DNA from: an uncultured Clostridium sp.
GTDB taxonomy: Bacteria; Bacillota_I; Bacilli_A; RF39; UBA660
Reading direction: 5' to 3'
Assembly (NCBI GenBank): GCA_905199855.1
Contig: CAJKHY010000004.1
Span: forward strand, 2,449-66,448
Length of the DNA stretch: 64,000 nucleotides
The notes beneath the pieces were generated by a model that did not search any database, had not been told where the DNA came from, and saw only the letters and a list, made by a program, of their open reading frames with translations. Below are positions 36,929 through 47,415 of this stretch, piece after piece. The translations under genes and the position numbers were made by a program. Every line of letters begins with the position of its first letter. Position 1 is the first letter of the stretch.

Positions 36929-39703
36929 TCACTTCTTATTTTTCTTTTTATTATTTATATTATCATTGTTATTATTATTCTGTTGTTTAGTATCTTTTTT
37001 AGTTTCTTTTTCTTTTAGATTATATTTTGGTTCTTTATCATTATCTTCGAAGATTAAATATAGTAAGAAACTAATCGTGGCTATAATTAAGATGATTAGG
37101 AGTAATCTTGAATTATTGCTTGTTTCTTCTTCATTTTTGGTAATATCTTTTTTTGCTTCACTTTTTCTAGTAACATTTAGAATATAATCTTTGGTATCAC
37201 CATTCTCAGCTTTTACTTTAATGATTATTTTGTTTTGTCCTACTTCTAAGTTAGAATCTTCGATGGTCACTACTGATTTTACGTGTTCTGCGATAGCATT
37301 AATATCTAGTCTTTTTACTGAATAATCTACTTCTATGTTATATTCTAGTTTGTCTTTATCAAATTCAATATCTATGCCTTCAATAGTAAGTTCTTTTAAG
37401 TTAGTATTGTTACTTCTTCTATCTATTTTAATTACTTCAATAGTATATGTTTTAATATTACCGTTTTCGGCAATTACTGTGATAGGAATAATTGTTTTGT
37501 TACTATTTAATTTATACTCTTTAAATCCACTGGTAGTAGCATGAATGCTTTCTAACACGCCATTTATGTTTAGTGTATCCTCAAAATAATCAACATATAA
37601 AATGTAATTAGTGATGTCTTTATTGAATGTTTTATCTAAAGTTCCTTTATCAAACTTAAGTTCTTTGATACTAGCATCAGTATCTAAAGGTCTAGCAATA
37701 TTAATTAATACTGAATTGGTTTCTTCATTTTCTAATTCTTTGGAATTTCCATTTAAGGCCATGAGTAAGTCAGTTACTTTAATGTTTGCACTTCCCTCTT
37801 TTAATGTTTCAAAGGTAAATGTTATAAAGTTACCATCAGTACTAGTAAAATCTCCAAGATACATAAATTTTCCATAGTTATCTTCATTAATAACATTGAT
37901 ATTTCCTAACCAGTTATCATTGATGCTTACTGATTTGCATTTTATTAAATTATTATTGAATGTTAGGATACCTTGAATACCATTGATAGAATTTTCTGTT
38001 AGATTTTCTATTTCTAGAGTTATTTTAAATGTATCTCCTACTCTTAAATTGTTTTTGTTACTTGTAATTTTTGTAATTATTTTGTTTTCAGTTTGATAAG
38101 TTGGCTTTTCGTAATCATTAAATGTGTCCACATTATCTTGATTTTTTAAAATATAATAAGTCTCAGTCGCATCTAAGATATCAACTTTATTGTCTTGGTT
38201 AACATCACTAGCAAGGTAATACTCATCACCTAGAGTAGATATTTCTAGTCCAAGAGAAATCATTTCTCTTATGTCTTCTATATTTATCATACCATTTTCG
38301 CTGATAACATTACCGCGTACGATAAGGTAATATTCCCCAATGAGACTGTTATAGTTTGTTAAAACTTTCATACCTGTTTCTAAGTAGTCATCAGAACTGG
38401 CTAGTTCACCATTTTTTCTATAAACAGATATTATGGTGTTAGGAAATTTTTCTTTAAACTCACTTACTAGGACTTGGTTACTGATAAGTAAATCTTTATC
38501 AAACGTGCCATCTAATCCATAGATAATACTTATTTTATTATCTTTTACTTGGTAATATGAATTAGCATTTAATCCATTTCTGTTGATGTTTAAATATTCA
38601 TCTAAAGATAAATTATTAATTTTATCTATGTATGATTCTAGTTCTTTTTTTATTTCTTCATTGAGTGTATTTTTATCTTCTTCATTTAAAGCTTTATAAT
38701 TAATTAATTTTGTTCTTAACTTATTAATATCATTTAATGTTTCTTCATCTAAGATAAAATAGTCATTTAAATTAGTTACACTAGAGTTTTTAGAACTTAT
38801 TTCGATGGTATCATTTTCTACTAAATTATCTTTACTATCATATAATTTTAGTTCAATGTTATAATTACCATTTATTAAATTATCTATGTTTACTATGTTA
38901 TTAGTTTTAATAATTTGTGTAGTTAAATGGGAATAAGTGTCTATAAGATAACCATTTACATAAAGATTAAAATGATATGTTTCTTTTTCATTTAAATTGC
39001 CTACTTCATAATGAAATTTAATATCAATATTTGAGGCAATAGTATTATCTATTTCATAGATGTTTTCGTTCTTATATACTTCTTCACCGCTTGGATATGT
39101 TACTTTATCAAAGATTAGTCCACTTCTAAAATTGGTAACTTCAATTTTAAAGCTATTGTTTGTAACTTTTTGATATCCACTCATATCTAGAGCCATTAAT
39201 TGTTCTTTTAATATTTCTAGTTCAATATCAGTTTTGGTATTTAAATTTTCTCCATTCAAGGTAATATCACTTACTTTGTAGATGGATAAGTTAACTTCAT
39301 ATATACCATTTGCAGAAGAAATATAATCATATGGTATTATTTTGTTAATTTCTTGGTTAAGAGATAATCCTTTTTTGAAATCAACTATTTTTTTTGTTTC
39401 GTGAACATTATCTTTATCCCACTCTCCATGGAAATTAATATCTGTTTTTATTAAATAGTTTTCACTTTCTTCAAATGAATTACCATTTAATTTAAAGTAG
39501 TAATTATCTATATTAGTACTTTGATCAAACGTGTAAGTGGTATTATTTTGTATTTCATCATATTCACCTTCTAGTGAAGTAGATGCTTTTATGGTTAAAA
39601 TAGGATTCATATCGGCAAATACTTTGACTAAGGGTGCAATGTCTGAGAATAATAAAATAAATGTTAACAACAATTTTGTAAACTTATTAAAAATTTTTTT
39701 CAT
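36929..39703 (-). CDS. Large secreted surface protein with two cadherin-like beta-sandwich domains, a dockerin/EF-hand-like DVNQDNKVDILD motif, C-terminal TM and Lys-rich tail
   Basis: Signal peptide; LKELKFDKGTLDKTFNKDITNYILYV...NGNIKTYTIEV and LKELTIEGIDIEFDKDKLEYNIEV...NGDTKDYILNV (PF12733-like). Confidence 0.55.
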   Translation of the reverse strand: MKKIFNKFTKLLLTFILLFSDIAPLVKVFADMNPILTIKASTSLEGEYDEIQNNTTYTFDQSTNIDNYYFKLNGNSFEESENYLIKTDINFHGEWDKDNVHETKKIVDFKKGLSLNQEINKIIPYDYISSANGIYEVNLSIYKVSDITLNGENLNTKTDIELEILKEQLMALDMSGYQKVTNNSFKIEVTNFRSGLIFDKVTYPSGEEVYKNENIYEIDNTIASNIDIKFHYEVGNLNEKETYHFNLYVNGYLIDTYSHLTTQIIKTNNIVNIDNLINGNYNIELKLYDSKDNLVENDTIEISSKNSSVTNLNDYFILDEETLNDINKLRTKLINYKALNEEDKNTLNEEIKKELESYIDKINNLSLDEYLNINRNGLNANSYYQVKDNKISIIYGLDGTFDKDLLISNQVLVSEFKEKFPNTIISVYRKNGELASSDDYLETGMKVLTNYNSLIGEYYLIVRGNVISENGMINIEDIREMISLGLEISTLGDEYYLASDVNQDNKVDILDATETYYILKNQDNVDTFNDYEKPTYQTENKIITKITSNKNNLRVGDTFKITLEIENLTENSINGIQGILTFNNNLIKCKSVSINDNWLGNINVINEDNYGKFMYLGDFTSTDGNFITFTFETLKEGSANIKVTDLLMALNGNSKELENEETNSVLINIARPLDTDASIKELKFDKGTLDKTFNKDITNYILYVDYFEDTLNINGVLESIHATTSGFKEYKLNSNKTIIPITVIAENGNIKTYTIEVIKIDRRSNNTNLKELTIEGIDIEFDKDKLEYNIEVDYSVKRLDINAIAEHVKSVVTIEDSNLEVGQNKIIIKVKAENGDTKDYILNVTRKSEAKKDITKNEEETSNNSRLLLIILIIATISFLLYLIFEDNDKEPKYNLKEKETKKDTKQQNNNNNDNINNKKKNKK

Positions 39704-39893
39704 TTAAACCTCCTTATATTTAATGTAAAGTTTTTTAGAATTGATATTTGGTTTCGTTTATCAATTCTGTAATCATAATTAGGTGTTGTCTACACTCATG
39801 TTATGTTGTACTAAGTATAGCATATTATTTTGACATTTTTTTGCATTTTACACAAATTTTACATTTTTTTGCCAAAAAAAAGATAGTTATTAT

Positions 39894-39939
39894 AAACCAA
39901 ACCTCGTTTCTTTGACAAAGTAGAAACGAGGTTTGGTTT
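39894..39939. repeat. Perfect 18-bp inverted repeat (AAACCAAACCTCGTTTCT / AGAAACGAGGTTTGGTTT) with 10-nt loop TTGACAAAGT
   Basis: Seen directly; no adjacent T-run on + strand, T-run 12 nt away on minus strand. Confidence 0.6.
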
Positions 39940-40493
39940 AGATAACCACTAAGGGTTTTAACATTGTAATAATAATTTCTTTTCTTCCACTTAAATTTTG
40001 GCATTTGTTAATGGTTAAATTATCATATATATTGTGTACTTCCACCATCTTTGTATTTTACTTCTTTATTTGTATACTTATATATTTCATTTATATAAAT
40101 CTTGTTATTGGTAAGTACTTCTTTTAATTTATTTTTTATTTGTTAAGATATCATCAACGCAAATAGATAGATATCTATCCTGTTCTCTTTAGCAAAGAAA
40201 TATTCTTGCTTATCGCAGTGCTCTTTATAAATGGCATAACTTGATTTTCTTTTTTTATTTTTCGTGAAAAAAATTAAGGTAATTAAAATAATTAGGATAA
40301 AGGCTTATGATAAGATGATAATTGTTTTTTGGTTTTCGATTTCATAGTTCCTCCTACTTGTATTCTACTACAAATAATAGATAAATAAACAATATGGCGT
40401 TATAATTAAAATCATTTATTTTTAACGTAAAAATCTAGGAATTATAACGGCAATAGCAAAAGCATATAATAAAATATTTGTTTAAACTATCTT

Positions 40494-40522
40494 ATCCACA
40501 TAACTGTGGATTCTTTTTTTTC
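40494..40522 (+). terminator. Intrinsic terminator ATCCACA-taac-TGTGGAT followed by TCTTTTTTTTC, + strand, just upstream of the rpsD promoter
   Basis: Seen directly. Confidence 0.5.
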
Positions 40523-40541
40523 TAAATTAAACATATTTTTG

Positions 40542-40570
40542 TTGACAACTTCATAATTATTTTATATAAT
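40542..40570 (+). promoter_or_regulatory. rpsD promoter, consensus TTGACA-17-TATAAT, followed by an about 137-nt leader (probable S4 autoregulatory site)
   Basis: TTGACA 40542..40547, TATAAT 40565..40570; RBS AAAGGAGGA before ATG 40715. Confidence 0.6.
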
Positions 40571-40714
40571 ACTTATGCATTTGGCAGCGTTTCTTTAAAT
40601 AAAGTAATGTGTTATGATACAAGTAATTTGTAGCTGCACAAAGGAAAGTACAAGAATAAACACCCTACTATTATTGAAGAAATCTCTAAATAGTATTTTA
40701 AAAGGAGGAAGACT

Positions 40715-41320
40715 ATGGCTAGATACACAGGCCCAAATAACAAAAGAGCTCGTCGTGTTAATTTCTCTATCTTAGAAAGTGGTAAAGATATTGCTAAGAG
40801 ACCTTATGGTCCTGGTCAACACGGAAAAGATAGAAAAAGAAAACCATCTAACTATTCACTTCAACTTCAAGAAAAGCAAAAAGTTAAATTTATTTATGGT
40901 TTAACTGAAAAGCAATTCAAAAGAACTTTTGATGATGCTGGTAAGCTTAAGGGAGTTCATGGTGAAGATTTACTTAAATTATTAGAGAGTAGACTTGATA
41001 ATTTAGTATATCGTATTGGTTTTGCTAGTACTAGAAGAGGTGCTAGACAATTAGTTAATCACGGACATATTACTGTTAATGGTAAGAAGGTTGATATTCC
41101 ATCTTATAGAGTTCATGTTGGTGATGTAATTGGTTTAAAAGATAATTCTACAAATCATGGCGGTGTTGAAATAGCTCTTGCTAATGCTCCAAAGAGAGTT
41201 GACTTTATTTCTTATGATGAAGCTAAGAAGCAAGGTACTTATTTAAGACATCCAGAACGTAGTGAGTTAAATGCTGATATTAACGAAGCATTAATCGTAG
41301 AATTTTATAGTAGGGTTTAG
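40715..41320 (+). CDS. rpsD: 30S ribosomal protein S4
   Basis: MARYTGPNNKRARR...S4 domain, 201 aa. Confidence 0.95.
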   Translation: MARYTGPNNKRARRVNFSILESGKDIAKRPYGPGQHGKDRKRKPSNYSLQLQEKQKVKFIYGLTEKQFKRTFDDAGKLKGVHGEDLLKLLESRLDNLVYRIGFASTRRGARQLVNHGHITVNGKKVDIPSYRVHVGDVIGLKDNSTNHGGVEIALANAPKRVDFISYDEAKKQGTYLRHPERSELNADINEALIVEFYSRV

Positions 41321-41351
41321 TAATAAGCTCTACTTTTTTTAAAAAAAAAAA

Positions 41352-41371
41352 GAATAGATAAGGCTCTATTC
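41352..41371. terminator. Bidirectional terminator between rpsD and the SASP gene
   Basis: GAATAGA-taaggc-TCTATTC flanked by an A-run (41338..41351) and T-rich 3' side. Confidence 0.55.
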
Positions 41372-41386
41372 TTAATTTATTTAAGC

Positions 41387-41590
41387 TTACTTAGATTGAG
41401 TATAATTACTACCACTTAATTGATTTTGTCCTAATCTAACTAAACGTTTAGTAATTTCTCCACCAACTGAACCATTAGCTCTTGCAGTTGTATCTGGTCC
41501 TAAGTTAACACCAAATTCGTTAGCTATTTCGTATTTCATTCTTTCGATAGCATTTTTTGCTCCTGGAACATTTAATTTACTATTGTTCAT
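41387..41590 (-). CDS. Alpha/beta-type small acid-soluble spore protein
   Basis: KLEIASEFGVNLG-like [29 protein letters not shown] signature, 67 aa. Confidence 0.85.
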   Translation of the reverse strand: MNNSKLNVPGAKNAIERMKYEIANEFGVNLGPDTTARANGSVGGEITKRLVRLGQNQLSGSNYTQSK

Positions 41591-41668
41591 CGTTTTTCAC
41601 CTCCTACATTAATAGAATGTGAAAATTTTAACAAATCATACTATATATATGTTGGTAATTTTTGCATG

Positions 41669-42850
41669 TTATAAGTCAAGTATTTCAATATGATTGTCTA
41701 ATTTTATTGTTTCCATGTTATCAATGGCTTCATCAATTAATTTTTCATAGTCAAATGTTTTTTCATATTTTAAACATTTTTCTAATTTAGGATTGATGAC
41801 AGGATGTTTTGGTAAAAAAATGGTACAGCAGTCTTCATATGGTAATATCGATGTTTCATATGTTCCAATTCGTTTTGATAATTCGATTATTTCTAGTTTA
41901 TCCATGCAGGCTACTGGTCTTATGATAGGATACGTAGTTACATTATTTATAACATTCATGCTTGTTAATGTTTGGCTCGCTACTTGTCCAACACTTTCGC
42001 CATTGATAATAGCTAAGCACTTATTTTTTCTAGCAACTTTTTCACTGATTCGGTACATCATTCTTCGCATAATGGTTATCATATAACTAGGATCTATATT
42101 TTTATATATTTCTTCTTGTATTTCAGTAAATTTTACAATATGTAATTTAATGTGTGGATGATATTCTGTTAATATTTCAACTAATTTTTTAACTTTATTT
42201 TTTGCTTGAAGACTAGTATGGGGTGGTGATTCAAAATAAATACATTCTACTTTAATGCCTCGTTTTAAGGCTAGATATAAGGCCACGGGGGAATCAATAC
42301 CACCAGATAACATGAGTAATCCTTTGCCTTGTACTCCAACAGGATAGCCTCCAATTCCTTTTATTTCTTTACTATATAAGTATGTGTAATCGTTTCTAAT
42401 TTCAATTTTTAATTCATAGTCAGGATTATGCACGGAAACGCTGATGCCATCCATATTTTTTAAGATATGAGCACCAACTTCTTTACTTACTTCTAAACTT
42501 GTTAAAGGAAATTCTTTATAACTTCTGTTTGTTTCAATTTTAAATGTTTGAAAATCAGTATTTTTGGCTAAAGTTAAGGCATTTTCTTTGATGCTTTCAA
42601 TATTAGTATTAACTTTATAACAAATTACTATGCTATGTATACCAAATATTTTGGTTAATTTATTTATTATTAATTCAAAGTCATAATCACTTTTTGGGGT
42701 GATAAACATTCTTACTCTATTTTTTGTTATTTTACAGTCAATGCCTTTTAGGCTGTTTTTAATATTTTCATATAGGATGTTAATGAACATATTACGATTT
42801 TCTTTTTTGGTCGTTAATTCACCATATTTAATTAAGATAATTTTTTCCAT
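41669..42850 (-). CDS. thiI: tRNA 4-thiouridine(8) synthase
   Basis: THUMP-like N-terminus, PP-loop SGGIDSPVA, 393 aa. Confidence 0.85.
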   Translation of the reverse strand: MEKIILIKYGELTTKKENRNMFINILYENIKNSLKGIDCKITKNRVRMFITPKSDYDFELIINKLTKIFGIHSIVICYKVNTNIESIKENALTLAKNTDFQTFKIETNRSYKEFPLTSLEVSKEVGAHILKNMDGISVSVHNPDYELKIEIRNDYTYLYSKEIKGIGGYPVGVQGKGLLMLSGGIDSPVALYLALKRGIKVECIYFESPPHTSLQAKNKVKKLVEILTEYHPHIKLHIVKFTEIQEEIYKNIDPSYMITIMRRMMYRISEKVARKNKCLAIINGESVGQVASQTLTSMNVINNVTTYPIIRPVACMDKLEIIELSKRIGTYETSILPYEDCCTIFLPKHPVINPKLEKCLKYEKTFDYEKLIDEAIDNMETIKLDNHIEILDL

Positions 42851-42859
42851 GTTAAAACC

Positions 42860-44356
42860 TCACTTTGTATTTATATCATTAATGGTTATTTTGCTATTGT
42901 GTGGTACTGGTTTCCATTCTATTTTTTTAAATAGGGCTATGTAGGTTGTGTATCTGCCTACGATATCGAAGATTGGCCAAAGAATTGAGAAACTTATTAT
43001 TTTGTGAAATGGTACTTTTTTTATTCTTTTTCGTTCTAATAATAAAATGTAATATGGGGTAATTATGTTTTTTAGATACAAGCCAATGCGGAAGAATAGT
43101 CTAGCCCATATGCCTATTAGGAATGTTTGCCAAAGTGCAGAGATTCCTGGGGTTATATTTATTCTTATATCAAAGAAATGTCTTAATACTTGTGCTAAGA
43201 CTGTGCCTCCGGCAAAAAAATTGATATTAGTAAGTCCATATGTGTAGGTGTAACATGAACGAAGTATTAGGACTACTAAAATCCATCTAAATAGGTTGAT
43301 TACGTTTGTGGGTAGTAAGTGCATGAAGGTATCGTACATGATGAATCTATCTTTGATGCCAATTAGAATTTTTTCCCACCAGGATCTTTTTTGTTCTTCT
43401 TCTTTGCTCCATTTTACTTTAGTGAATTTTCTGCCAAAGAAGATATTTATAAATAGTTTAAGTCCTGATTCTTTGAAATTGATAAGTAGACCTTTAGACC
43501 AACGAAGTTTTTGGTTGTAGGCAACTTTCCAGTTAGGACTTTGTTCATCATAAAATTCGGCAGCATCTTGGTAACTGATACGGTATCCTTGACTAACAGC
43601 ATCGGCCGTTAAACCGCGGTCTTCAGTTAATGAAGTGTAATGCCATCCATCTTGTACTACTTCATTGGCAAATAGGTAACCTGTTCCTTGAATGTTTGTT
43701 GCTAAACGAAGGAATGATCTGGCACGATGGTTCATTCTAATCGAACGATACCAGTGCAAGGCGAAGCTCATGGTAATCCAGTTTTCGTCAAAGTTTTTGG
43801 TATTACGGTATGATGTTACCATTTTCTCTCCTGAATCAAAGGCGTCATTCATTTTGGAAATGTAATCTTTTTTTAACAAGTTATCTGCATCAAAGACAAA
43901 ATATCCTTCATAACTCATTCGACCATAGTCTCTTTCGATGCAGTCAAAAAGATATTCTAAGGCAAAACCTTTAGTTTTATGGAGATTATCAAATCTCTCA
44001 TAGACAATTGCTCCTTTGTTGCGTGCAATTTCGGCTGTGTTATCAGTGCAGTTATCCGCTACTACGAAAACAGTTAATAAATCACTAGGATAATCTTGCA
44101 TATGAATACTATCAAGTAAGTTACCAATTACATTTTTTTCATTACGCGCTGCAATGACAATTGCATATTTATGTTTTTTCTTTGCCGGTTTAAATTTCCT
44201 TGTAAAGAATATTCCTATAATAACGTATGCTACACGATATGCTACCATAGCCCCGAGTAATGTGCCTACGGTATTATTAATGCTCCTAAAAAATGGATAT
44301 ATACTTCCAAGCATTTTTATAAAAGTTTCAAAAAAACTACTAATCACTTTTTTCAC
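42860..44356 (-). CDS. Membrane glycosyltransferase family 2 (IcaA/BcsA-like processive GT topology)
   Basis: VVADNCTDNTAEIA, DAD, QxxRW-like NQKLRWSKG; TM helices at both ends. Confidence 0.65.
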   Translation of the reverse strand: MKKVISSFFETFIKMLGSIYPFFRSINNTVGTLLGAMVAYRVAYVIIGIFFTRKFKPAKKKHKYAIVIAARNEKNVIGNLLDSIHMQDYPSDLLTVFVVADNCTDNTAEIARNKGAIVYERFDNLHKTKGFALEYLFDCIERDYGRMSYEGYFVFDADNLLKKDYISKMNDAFDSGEKMVTSYRNTKNFDENWITMSFALHWYRSIRMNHRARSFLRLATNIQGTGYLFANEVVQDGWHYTSLTEDRGLTADAVSQGYRISYQDAAEFYDEQSPNWKVAYNQKLRWSKGLLINFKESGLKLFINIFFGRKFTKVKWSKEEEQKRSWWEKILIGIKDRFIMYDTFMHLLPTNVINLFRWILVVLILRSCYTYTYGLTNINFFAGGTVLAQVLRHFFDIRINITPGISALWQTFLIGIWARLFFRIGLYLKNIITPYYILLLERKRIKKVPFHKIISFSILWPIFDIVGRYTTYIALFKKIEWKPVPHNSKITINDINTK

Positions 44357-44567
44357 AATTCCCTTCCAAGTAAAACAATTATATCATAAAAGTGAGTTAA
44401 TATCTATTGTTTTAAGGTTTTAATAAAAAAATGTTTTTTGAAGTGTATTTTAAGGTTGGTTCTTCTTTAATATATAAATATCTAAAACTAAGTTTAAAAC
44501 ATGACATATGTTTTTGTTGTTGTCAACAATTAAAATAAATGTTATACTTAAAAAGAAGGAGGATCTT

Positions 44568-45716
44568 ATGAGAGTTATTGGTATTATTTGTGAATATAAT
44601 CCTTTTCATCTGGGTCACCTTTATCAAATAAAAAAAATTAAGGAAACAATTCCTGATAGTTTAATTATTTGTATATTTAATGGAACTTTTATGCAAAGAG
44701 GAGAAGTTTCTATTATTAATAAGTGGGATAAAACTCGTATTTGTTTGGAATATGGTATAGATATGGTTGTTGAGCTTCCTTTTGTTTTTGCTACTCAATC
44801 CAGTGATATTTTTGCTCATGGTGCACTTAAAATATTAAATAATTTACATGTTGATACTTTAGTTTTTGGAAGTGAATCTAATAATGTTGAAATTTTGAAA
44901 ACTCTTGCTATGACTCAAATAAATAATGAGGCTTTCGATAATAAGGTGCGTGAGTATTTAGATAAGGGTGTTAATTATCCTACTGCTTTGAGCAAGACAC
45001 TTGAGGTTATTACTAAATATAGAATAAAAGAGCCTAATGATATTTTAGCGGTTTCTTATATTAAGGAGATTATTAAAAATAATTATTCTATTGAACCTGT
45101 TGCTATTAAGAGAACTAATGACTATCATGGTGAAATTATAAGTGGTGATATTATTAATGCTTCTTTGATTAGGAAAATGTTAACAAATGGTAATGATGTT
45201 TCTAAGTATGTTCCTAGGGCTACTTTGAAATATTTAAATGATATTCCTTCTAAGGATAAATACTATAGTTTATTAAAATATCAAATAATTAATAATATTG
45301 ATAATTTAGATAGTTTTCAAACTGTGGATGAGGGGTTAAATAATTTAATTAAAAAGAATATTTATAATGCTAATAATTTAGACGAATTAATAAGTTCTAT
45401 CAAAACTAAAAGATATACTTATAATAGATTAAATAGGATGTTTACTCATATTTTGACTAATTTTAAGAAAGAGGATAATAGAGGGCTAGAGATTAATTAT
45501 GTAAGGTTACTTGGTTTTAATAAGAAGGGAAGAAGTTATTTAAATAAGATTAAAAAGGATATGGAGATATCTGTTGTTACTGGTTATAAGGGAATTAATG
45601 ATAAGATTTTTAATATCGAAAAAAGAGTATCTTATATTTATTCTTTATTAATAGTTAATAGTGATTCTTATTTGGAAGAGGATAATAAAAATAAACCTAT
45701 CATTTTTGGTGATTAG
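44568..45716 (+). CDS. tmcAL: tRNA(Met) cytidine acetate ligase (YlbM family nucleotidyltransferase)
   Basis: MRVIGIICEYNPFHLGH nucleotidyltransferase motif; RBS AAGGAGGA. Confidence 0.7.
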   Translation: MRVIGIICEYNPFHLGHLYQIKKIKETIPDSLIICIFNGTFMQRGEVSIINKWDKTRICLEYGIDMVVELPFVFATQSSDIFAHGALKILNNLHVDTLVFGSESNNVEILKTLAMTQINNEAFDNKVREYLDKGVNYPTALSKTLEVITKYRIKEPNDILAVSYIKEIIKNNYSIEPVAIKRTNDYHGEIISGDIINASLIRKMLTNGNDVSKYVPRATLKYLNDIPSKDKYYSLLKYQIINNIDNLDSFQTVDEGLNNLIKKNIYNANNLDELISSIKTKRYTYNRLNRMFTHILTNFKKEDNRGLEINYVRLLGFNKKGRSYLNKIKKDMEISVVTGYKGINDKIFNIEKRVSYIYSLLIVNSDSYLEEDNKNKPIIFGD

Positions 45717-45719
45717 GTT

Positions 45720-46541
45720 TTATTTTTGGCAATGTGGACAGTAGTAAGTACCACGGCCTCCAACTTTAATTTTTTTTATTTGATTTTGACATATAGGACA
45801 ATGTTCTTTTTCTTTGTTGTGCACGAATAATGAATCTTGATATGTGCCTATTACACCATCTACTGAGGTGTAACTATGAATTGTGGTACCGCCTTTGGCA
45901 ATAGCTTTATTTAATACTTCTTTTGTATATTTGATAATGTTATTTAATTCTTTTTCTTTTAATGTATTTGACTTTTTTAATGGGTTGATGTGTGATAGAA
46001 AAAGTATTTCGTCAGCATAAATATTGCCTATTCCAGTGATAATGCTTTGGTCTAGTAATACTGTTTTTATGGGTATTATTTTATTCTTTAATTTTTCTTT
46101 TAAGTAATTAGATGTCAGGTCATTATCAAACGGTTCTAGTCCTAATTCTTTTAAAGGTCCAATAGTATCAATATTTTCTTTTTTTATAAGATACATTTTC
46201 CCAAACTTTCTTGTATCCATATATCTTAATTCTTGATTGTTATCTAGGTTAAATATAACGTGTTCATGTTTATTAATTTTGTCATTTTTATTTTTAAAGA
46301 AGTATTTTCCTTCCATTCTTAGATGTGATAATAAGTAATAATCTTCTAAGTCAAAGATTAGAAATTTGCCTCTTCTAGTGATGTTTTTTACTGTTCTGTT
46401 TTTTAATATTTTTTCAAATGTGTTAGTATCTGGATAGGCAATGATATTATTATATAAAACTTTTACATCATTAATTTTTTTGTTTATTAATCTTTTCTTT
46501 AGATTTTCTTTAACAGTTTCTACTTCTGGTAACTCAGGCAT
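45720..46541 (-). CDS. mutM: Formamidopyrimidine-DNA glycosylase
   Basis: MPELPEVETV N-terminus, C-terminal zinc finger CPICQ...CPHCQK. Confidence 0.85.
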   Translation of the reverse strand: MPELPEVETVKENLKKRLINKKINDVKVLYNNIIAYPDTNTFEKILKNRTVKNITRRGKFLIFDLEDYYLLSHLRMEGKYFFKNKNDKINKHEHVIFNLDNNQELRYMDTRKFGKMYLIKKENIDTIGPLKELGLEPFDNDLTSNYLKEKLKNKIIPIKTVLLDQSIITGIGNIYADEILFLSHINPLKKSNTLKEKELNNIIKYTKEVLNKAIAKGGTTIHSYTSVDGVIGTYQDSLFVHNKEKEHCPICQNQIKKIKVGGRGTYYCPHCQK

Positions 46542-47415
46542 TTTCTTCACCTCCATAAGGATTTACGCTTATTTTTACATAAGATATTTTGATATTACTA
46601 TTGATTAGTCTTTGTTTTAAATTGTTGGTAATGCTATTTCCTTCTTTAATGGTTAGGTTATCTTTGATGGATATGTCAATATTAACTTGGTAATAAGAGC
46701 CATATTTCATTATTTCTAATTCGTCTATTTTCTTAATGCGTTCATCACTTAAAATTATCTCTTTAATTAGATTTATGTATTCTTGATTTGTTTCTTTTTC
46801 TCCAATGATGCTAATGATGTTTTCTTTTAGAATATTAATGCCAGTATTGAGAATGAAAAGGGCGACAATGATCGTGGCTAAAGAGTCTGCATAATTGAAT
46901 AGATGGTTATATTTAGTTAGTTTGGTTAAGAAAAAGGCAATGATTACTACAAATGTTGATAGGACATCGGTTTTACTTTCTTTTCCTGATGCGATTAGGA
47001 TATTGTTTTTATATTGATAACCTTTTTTCAAAATGTAAGAAGCTAGGATACATTTTAGAATTACCGTTATGAAGGAGACATAGATAACTATATTGGAAGG
47101 TTTAGTGCTGTTTCCTATTAATGAACTTGTAATTAAAATTAATGATAAGGCACTTATAATAAGTCCAATGATAATGCTAGTTAAATATTCGATTTTGCCG
47201 TGGCCAAAAGGATGTTTACTATCTGCCGGTTTTAGAGCCATATGGTTACCAAAAATTGCGATAATATCAGTCGTTAAATCACTTAATGAATGTATACCAT
47301 CGGCTATTAAGGATTTGAAGTTGCCAAGAAAACCAAATGTTATTTTGGAGGCGACTAAAAAGGTATTTGTGAGAAGGCTTTTTAGTAACACTTTATTTGT
47401 TTTATTCATATTCAC
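46534..47415 (-). CDS. Cation diffusion facilitator family transporter
   Basis: 6 TM, HSLSD-type motif (IHSLSDLTTD), C-terminal cytoplasmic domain. Confidence 0.75.
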   Translation of the reverse strand: MNMNKTNKVLLKSLLTNTFLVASKITFGFLGNFKSLIADGIHSLSDLTTDIIAIFGNHMALKPADSKHPFGHGKIEYLTSIIIGLIISALSLILITSSLIGNSTKPSNIVIYVSFITVILKCILASYILKKGYQYKNNILIASGKESKTDVLSTFVVIIAFFLTKLTKYNHLFNYADSLATIIVALFILNTGINILKENIISIIGEKETNQEYINLIKEIILSDERIKKIDELEIMKYGSYYQVNIDISIKDNLTIKEGNSITNNLKQRLINSNIKISYVKISVNPYGGEENA

